A DNA stretch of 64,000 nucleotides from assembly GCA_016840465.1 (NCBI GenBank), contig JAEOSH010000004.1, positions 19,904-83,903 on the forward strand, read 5' to 3'. A program made the translations under genes and the position numbers. Below are positions 58,780 through 64,000 of the stretch, piece after piece. How positions within the stretch are numbered: position 1 is the stretch's first letter; each line of letters opens with the position of its first letter. Source of the DNA: Candidatus Baldrarchaeum yapensis. GTDB taxonomy: Archaea; Asgardarchaeota; Baldrarchaeia; Baldrarchaeales; Baldrarchaeaceae. The notes below the pieces were generated by a model. That model saw nothing but the letters and a program-made list of their open reading frames with translations. It was not told where the DNA came from and did not search any database.

Positions 58780-59568
58780 ATGAGCGTGTACGTGGCCGGA
58801 ATAGATGTTGGTGCGGCCACTGCAAAGTGCGTTATAATGGACGATGGAGAAATTGTCGGGTATGAGATAATTCCCGTGTCGTACGATCTCTCCGAGAGCG
58901 CAAAAAGGGTATTCAATGCCACCCTCAAAAAATTAGGCATCTCGGCGGATGAAATAAAATCGGTAGTGTCGACCGGATATGGTAGATACAACGTTCCCTT
59001 TGCCAAAAAGCAGGTCACCGAGATAAGTTGCCACGGGAGGGGCGCGATCTTCCTGATTCCCTCGACTAGGACGATAATAGACATCGGGGGACAGGATACG
59101 AAGGTGATAGCAATAAACGAGCGGGGGAGGGTTCTGGACTTCGTTATGAATGATAAGTGCGCCGCGGGAACCGGAAGATTCCTTGAGGTGATGGCGAGGG
59201 TTCTCGATGTCAAGGTCGAAGAGATGGGAGAAATCGCGCTAAGAGCCAAAAAGAAAGTGAAGATTTCAAGCACATGCACGGTCTTCGCGGAGTCAGAAGT
59301 GATAAATCATCTGGTGCATAAAGTTCCAAGGGAGGATATAATTGCAGGTTTGGTGGACGCAATATCCTCACGGGTGGCCGCACTCGCCCAGAGGGTCACA
59401 ATCAGGCCCGATGTCATACTAACGGGAGGGGTTGCAAAAAACGAGGCTGTTCGCAGAAGCTTATCAGAAAAGCTTGGCTTGGAAATCCTCAGGCCGAAGG
59501 AACCCCAAATAGTTGGTGCGATAGGCGCCGCCCTTTTCGCACGTGATATTCTCCAAGGGAAAAGATAA
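58780..59568 (+). CDS. BadF/BadG/BcrA/BcrD-type ATPase (CoA-substrate-specific enzyme activase, HgdC-like)
   Basis: 'VAGIDVGAATAKCVIM', 'DIGGQDTKVI', 'NDKCAAGTGRFLE'. Confidence 0.75.
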   Translation: MSVYVAGIDVGAATAKCVIMDDGEIVGYEIIPVSYDLSESAKRVFNATLKKLGISADEIKSVVSTGYGRYNVPFAKKQVTEISCHGRGAIFLIPSTRTIIDIGGQDTKVIAINERGRVLDFVMNDKCAAGTGRFLEVMARVLDVKVEEMGEIALRAKKKVKISSTCTVFAESEVINHLVHKVPREDIIAGLVDAISSRVAALAQRVTIRPDVILTGGVAKNEAVRRSLSEKLGLEILRPKEPQIVGAIGAALFARDILQGKR

Positions 59569-59617
59569 AACGAAAACGAGATGTTGTTCGAGAACGTGCA
59601 ACGTACTTTCTAAAACA

Positions 59618-61189
59618 TTAAAACTCTATGCCCTTCTCGACCCAATCTGGAAACCACTGGTAGTATTCCAGCGGCTTTATCTTCCTGAGCCCAATGTAGG
59701 TTGCCTTTGCCATCCTTATTTTACCCTTTTCCCTATACAGTTTGACGTATCTCTTTCTTTCCAAACTTTCTAGTATCTCGTCAAGTTTATCGCCCTTGAT
59801 TCCTGTATCCTCCTCAATATCCTCCCTCAGCATGTAAAGCCCGGGATTGACCCTATAGTCCTCCGCGAGCGCCTCGAGCACTAAATCCTCGGGATCCGTC
59901 GACTCAAACTTGGGCTTTAACTGCTCCCGTTTGTAAACGTTCAGCGGAATTCCGTACTTCTCGCTAATTCTCCTCCTCGGCTCCTTAACCTCATCTCCTA
60001 GGAGTCTCCTCACCATACGCGCCAGTAGAATCCTCAGTACATCGTTTGTTCCCGCGCCTATTTGCATGAATAGTCCCTCTCTATGCACCATTTCCACAAA
60101 GTAGAACTTCGTGAGCCCGTCACCGCCCATGCACAGCACTGCATCGGTTCCTATGCGCTGGCACATTTCAGATGTGAATATTTTTGCGATTGTAGACTCG
60201 AGGATGGGCTCTCTCCCCTGATCCAGCAGATAACTTCCATAGTATACTATCAACCTCGAAAGCTTGTACCACATAGTGATGTCCGCGATCCTCAGCTGGT
60301 TCGTTTGGAACTCTATCGTCCTTCTGCCAAACTGAACTCTTCTCCGAGTGACGTAGAGGGCCATCCGTAGAGCCTCTTTCATTCCCCCTAAAAGACCTGC
60401 CGACAACAGCAGTCTCTCGAAGTTCAGCCCACTTATCATTACCAGCCAACCGTTGCCCTCCCCGCCGATCACGTTCTCCGCCGGAACTCTGACGTTATCA
60501 AGATCCAAATATCCGTTGCGGACACCATCCGCGACGCCAAGCTCGTTTATTTTCTCCACCCTCAGTCCAGGTGTGCCTTTTTCTACAACAAATGCTGTTA
60601 GATGCCTATAGTTCTCTCGATCTTTCGGATCATCACTGGTCCTTGCGTATACCAAGTATATGTCCGCGATCCCCGAATTACTTATGAACCGCTTCTTGCC
60701 ATTGATTATGTACTCATTGCCATCGCGGATCGCAACTGTCTCCACAGCGGCCGCATCGGACCCCACGAACGGTTCCGTCAGGCATATAGCCCCACATAAC
60801 TTTCCTTCGGCCATTTTTGGTAGCCATCTCTCCTTCTGTTCCTCGGTTCCAAATTTCGCAATTTGGTAGCATCCTCCGAACATTGTGGTGTTATAATATG
60901 ATGCAACCATGGAGCTGAGGCGACCCATGCCCTCGGCTATTATGCATGCGCCGGTGATTTTCGATTTTTCGTACATTCCTCCGTACTTTTCAGGAATGGT
61001 GGCACCCAACCATCCTTTTTCTCCGATCGCTTTTATTATGTCCCATGGAAACTTCCTCGTCCAGACGGCCTCAATGGCCCTAGGCATGTACTCATCGGCA
61101 AACTCCTCAACCTCATCTGCGAGTTTCCTCTGAAAATCGGTCCACCAAGGAAACTTTTCCAAAATCAGCCACCCCTCTGAACTCCACAC
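59618..61189 (-). CDS. acyl-CoA dehydrogenase with about 130-aa C-terminal extension
   Basis: ACAD N-terminal, middle and C-terminal domain patterns ('GSDAAAVETVA', 'IYEGTNDV-like AGTNDVL'). Confidence 0.7.
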   Translation of the reverse strand: MWSSEGWLILEKFPWWTDFQRKLADEVEEFADEYMPRAIEAVWTRKFPWDIIKAIGEKGWLGATIPEKYGGMYEKSKITGACIIAEGMGRLSSMVASYYNTTMFGGCYQIAKFGTEEQKERWLPKMAEGKLCGAICLTEPFVGSDAAAVETVAIRDGNEYIINGKKRFISNSGIADIYLVYARTSDDPKDRENYRHLTAFVVEKGTPGLRVEKINELGVADGVRNGYLDLDNVRVPAENVIGGEGNGWLVMISGLNFERLLLSAGLLGGMKEALRMALYVTRRRVQFGRRTIEFQTNQLRIADITMWYKLSRLIVYYGSYLLDQGREPILESTIAKIFTSEMCQRIGTDAVLCMGGDGLTKFYFVEMVHREGLFMQIGAGTNDVLRILLARMVRRLLGDEVKEPRRRISEKYGIPLNVYKREQLKPKFESTDPEDLVLEALAEDYRVNPGLYMLREDIEEDTGIKGDKLDEILESLERKRYVKLYREKGKIRMAKATYIGLRKIKPLEYYQWFPDWVEKGIEF

Positions 61190-61281
61190 AGGGTATTTTT
61201 CGACTTTCTCGTATATTTAGTTTTTGAGGAAGTGTCTGCTATGACGCATGAGGACGATGCCAAGGACAGGTAAGATTAAGA

Positions 61282-61869
61282 TTGAAGGAATGTGTAATGT
61301 TTCGGGGGGATCGAATGAGTGATGATCTCGTGAGGAGAATACGGGAGGCGCTTGAAAAGCGAGTGGAATATTCTTGTAGTTTCAAGAATGCGTCTGTACT
61401 TGTTCCGCTCAGCATAAACTCGAAGCGAGAACTGCACGTGACGTTCATAAAGAGGTCTTCCAAACTCTCCCTTCACGGGGGAGATGTTGCGTTCCCGGGT
61501 GGACTCAGAGAGGGGAATGAGGATCCCATCGAGACAGCACTGAGGGAGGCGTGGGAGGAGTTGGGTATCCGTAGGGAGGATGTCAGGGTCCTTGGGTTTC
61601 TGACCCCCACCGTCACCCGAATAACAATGATACACATAGTGCCCGTTGTCGGCCTTATACCCATGCCTTACCCCTTCAGGCCGAATGAGAACGAGGTCAC
61701 GGAGGTCATCCAGATTTCGATCTCGGATCTTTATAGGAACCAGTTCGAGAACTGGTATGGAAAGTATTACAAGTGCGGGGACCACATTATCTGGGGAGCA
61801 TCGGCAAGGATCCTGACAAACCTCCTCGAAAGATTAAAACCTATAATCATGCCCCGCGCATCCCCATAA
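61282..61869 (+). CDS. NUDIX hydrolase (CoA pyrophosphatase-like)
   Basis: Nudix box 'GGLREGNEDPIETALREAWEELG'. Confidence 0.7.
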   Translation: MKECVMFRGDRMSDDLVRRIREALEKRVEYSCSFKNASVLVPLSINSKRELHVTFIKRSSKLSLHGGDVAFPGGLREGNEDPIETALREAWEELGIRREDVRVLGFLTPTVTRITMIHIVPVVGLIPMPYPFRPNENEVTEVIQISISDLYRNQFENWYGKYYKCGDHIIWGASARILTNLLERLKPIIMPRASP

Positions 61870-61991
61870 CTCGTGATCTTTATAGACACCGGATCCTCGC
61901 TGTTTTTCCGTTTTAAAATTTTTAATACTGCCCTAGTTACCGTTACTGCTACGTTTTAGAGGTATCGTGAATAATTTATGTTGGCAGAGAG

Positions 61992-62615
61992 GTGCATACG
62001 ATGGCCACCACTTTGCAAAAATTCACATGCATGGGATGCGATGCACCCTGTTGCAGAGAAATAGTAAGAGAAGTCGAAGGCATCACCTTGGGGTTGCTAC
62101 TCACGAGAAGAGAGAGAATGAGGATAGAAAGGCTTGCTACAATGCGAGGCCACTCAATAGATATAAGGCCCATGATAGGCTTCGGTTATGATGAGGATAT
62201 AGGGGAGCCGGAGTTTATAGGCTTCTACCAGATCACAAATAATCCATGTCCATTTCTCGCCGGTAGCAAATGCGAAATTCACGGACAACGCCCGCTCATC
62301 TGCAGGGCATACCCCCTGGTCATGAGGGACTTCTACATAACTGGTGAGGGAAGGAGGGCGAACGTGCACGTAGTGATATCCTTTGACCTGCGGTGCAAAT
62401 GGGTTGAGGGGATCAGGAAGTCCGTAAAACTTACAAGATTGCGGGATTCGGATATTGTAAAGTTGGGGATAAAGAGAGAGGCGGAGGCAATGAAGTCAGT
62501 GGTGGACCTTTTCGTCAAATACATGAGGAGGTACCGCTACAGGGTGTGGTACTTTGACCTTAGTAAGGACAAGTGGGTTGAGATAGAGGTCATGGAGGTT
62601 CGCGAAAGAGGTTAA
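61992..62615 (+). CDS. YkgJ/UPF0153-family Cys-cluster protein
   Basis: 'CMGCDAPCCR' (CxxCxxxCC) and a second 'NPCPFL...KCEIH' element. Confidence 0.5.
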   Translation: MHTMATTLQKFTCMGCDAPCCREIVREVEGITLGLLLTRRERMRIERLATMRGHSIDIRPMIGFGYDEDIGEPEFIGFYQITNNPCPFLAGSKCEIHGQRPLICRAYPLVMRDFYITGEGRRANVHVVISFDLRCKWVEGIRKSVKLTRLRDSDIVKLGIKREAEAMKSVVDLFVKYMRRYRYRVWYFDLSKDKWVEIEVMEVRERG

Positions 62616-62760
62616 AATTCGTAGAGTGAGCAGTTTTATTCTTTTGAGGAATCTCGGAATTTCATTACATGGAACTGGGCCGTTAATGGTTCCGCATTTA
62701 GTTTTCCGTCACAGTTTAAATTGACTTATGCGAAAGTATCCATGGTAGGAGTAGCTAGAG

Positions 62761-63447
62761 ATGAGGGACATGAACATTCAGGTCGAAAAGGCCCGCTATA
62801 TATTCAAGCACTTGGTGCATGTCGGAGCCCCTTTCCCGGTAAGGGATGTAATGCAACATCTGCTGTCAAAGGGATACAGGTACACGATAAGGAAAATAAA
62901 AGTTGGAGGGCCCACACCTCAAACAAGCCCTGTGCCGGCAGATTTTCCCCATGCAAAGGAACTTACAGAGTACCTGTTTTTCAGGCAGGATCTTCCCAAT
63001 CTCCTGATAGTCGTGAGCGAAAATGGGTTTGTGGTTGATGGGCAGGAGTGGGGTGACGTCTACGACCACATATGGTTTGTCCGAGATCTCTATCTGAAGA
63101 TAGAGAAGAGGCCGACAACGAAGTTCATCATAGAGATACTGGCGTTCCTGCAGGTGTATTCCTCTGTCAGCCCTAGGAGAATACTGAGCGGGATCGTCAA
63201 TCCTGCAATTCTCAAGAGGATGCAATCCCTCGAACTCTTACCGTTTGCAATAGATCTGTGGACCGGCGAGCCGGAGAAAAGCAAGACCTGGGCAAGAGTG
63301 AGATTAGAACCCCTCAAAGAGGATCCACAGAATAGATTTGGTGTGAATATAAATTATAGAGCACACTCGTTTAATGAGGGGGTAAAATTCTTCGAACAAA
63401 TAAATGATTTCGTGTCCCGGCTCATCGTAAACCTAAGACCAGAGTGA
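62761..63447 (+). CDS. hypothetical protein (228 aa)
   Basis: ORF only. Confidence 0.3.
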   Translation: MRDMNIQVEKARYIFKHLVHVGAPFPVRDVMQHLLSKGYRYTIRKIKVGGPTPQTSPVPADFPHAKELTEYLFFRQDLPNLLIVVSENGFVVDGQEWGDVYDHIWFVRDLYLKIEKRPTTKFIIEILAFLQVYSSVSPRRILSGIVNPAILKRMQSLELLPFAIDLWTGEPEKSKTWARVRLEPLKEDPQNRFGVNINYRAHSFNEGVKFFEQINDFVSRLIVNLRPE

Positions 63448-63449
63448 AG

Positions 63450-63890
63450 TCAACGCACGACTTCCTCAACGTCGCGGTACCACTTCTTCTTCGTTCCTTG
63501 CTTCGCCCTCTTCCTCCAGCGCTTCGTTTTCGGAGTCTCATCTATGATCTTGAGCAGCTGGTCTACCTTACTGGTTACATCCTTTAGATCCTCCTCGCTA
63601 AGCAGTCCGTTCTCCTTGTACTTCTGCGCAAACACCTTTATCTTGTTGAGATTTGTTGTCGCAGTGTACCAGAAGCCCCAATCGTCCGCAAGTACCGTCG
63701 CAATACGGGTCGCGTTTATAACATCATCGTCGTGATTCCCTATCTGGTGTGCCCTAAGGAGGACGATTGAGTCCTTTATGTCCTTCTCATTTATCTGGAC
63801 GATCTGAAGCTTTTCCATAAGCATTTCTGCGAGCGGAATCGTTGGTCTATCAACCTCAAGCCTTCCTCTGAAGTCTATATCATGAGCCAT
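63450..63890 (-). CDS. hypothetical protein (146 aa, basic C-terminus)
   Basis: ORF only. Confidence 0.3.
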   Translation of the reverse strand: MAHDIDFRGRLEVDRPTIPLAEMLMEKLQIVQINEKDIKDSIVLLRAHQIGNHDDDVINATRIATVLADDWGFWYTATTNLNKIKVFAQKYKENGLLSEEDLKDVTSKVDQLLKIIDETPKTKRWRKRAKQGTKKKWYRDVEEVVR

Positions 63891-64000
63891 CTCTAGTTTA
63901 TCGAAGAAAAAGTCGACGTGGAAGTCCCACTTCTTGTGGTAGTAAATGTGACGCTTCCAGCCAGCGAGATGTAATATTCTGAGGTCACATATGTAGCCGA

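Overview
This is an archaeal chromosomal window. Euryarchaeal gene content (archaeosine tRNA-guanine transglycosylase, Trm5, F420/H4MPT-type ATP-grasp ligase, FprA, many CoA-metabolism genes), frequent AGG/AGA/ATA codons and roughly 48% GC suggest an Archaeoglobales-like organism; this is inference and no database was consulted.

Coordinates 1 to about 36.8 kb are densely packed, mostly housekeeping or metabolic genes:
- Trm5-like methyltransferase, two MFS transporters, ATP-grasp ligase, class III CoA-transferase, TrpRS, HIT protein, sugar nucleotidyltransferase, NikR.
- A Ras-superfamily small GTPase, Lrp/AsnC, thiolase plus DUF35 partner, HDAC-family deacetylase, archaeosine TGT.
- A HerA-like ATPase next to a fused MNT-HEPN protein.
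- A cbiMQO-type ECF metal transporter operon with a DtxR-family regulator.
- A coiled-coil tandem-repeat protein with a C-terminal PD-(D/E)xK-like domain.
- A four-gene operon (nucleoside phosphorylase-like / 469-aa unknown / GNAT / radical-SAM-like with a non-canonical Cys motif).
- GT2 glycosyltransferase, a second non-canonical radical SAM, and an MBL hydrolase.

tRNA-Thr(GGU) lies at 36813-36888. Immediately downstream, from about 36.9 to 51.8 kb, the region looks accessory and decayed:
- An RHH ORF reads antisense through the tRNA.
- One 'archaeal ATPase' (PF01637-like) lacks a usable start. A second one is split by a roughly 240-bp GC-rich insert flanked by 11-bp inverted repeats and preceded by a perfect 31-bp palindrome.
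- Three paralogous RHH+HEPN-like (PaREP1-like) genes, one frameshifted and one with a degenerate R-x4-6-H motif.
- A thiI N-terminal remnant and a frameshifted stand-alone RAM-domain gene.
- A CopZ-like chaperone plus a frameshifted P1B-type ATPase.
- About 700 bp of non-coding DNA.
- An Rnl-like nucleotidyltransferase.

The rest of the window is again ordinary: SPFH protein, M28 peptidase, large membrane protein, CoA-enzyme activase, acyl-CoA dehydrogenase, NUDIX, YkgJ-type Cys-cluster protein. No CRISPR array and no rRNA were seen. The best candidates for something new are the RHH-HEPN triad and archaeal-ATPase island next to tRNA-Thr, the HerA-like/MNT-HEPN pair, and the PNP/unknown/GNAT/radical-SAM operon.
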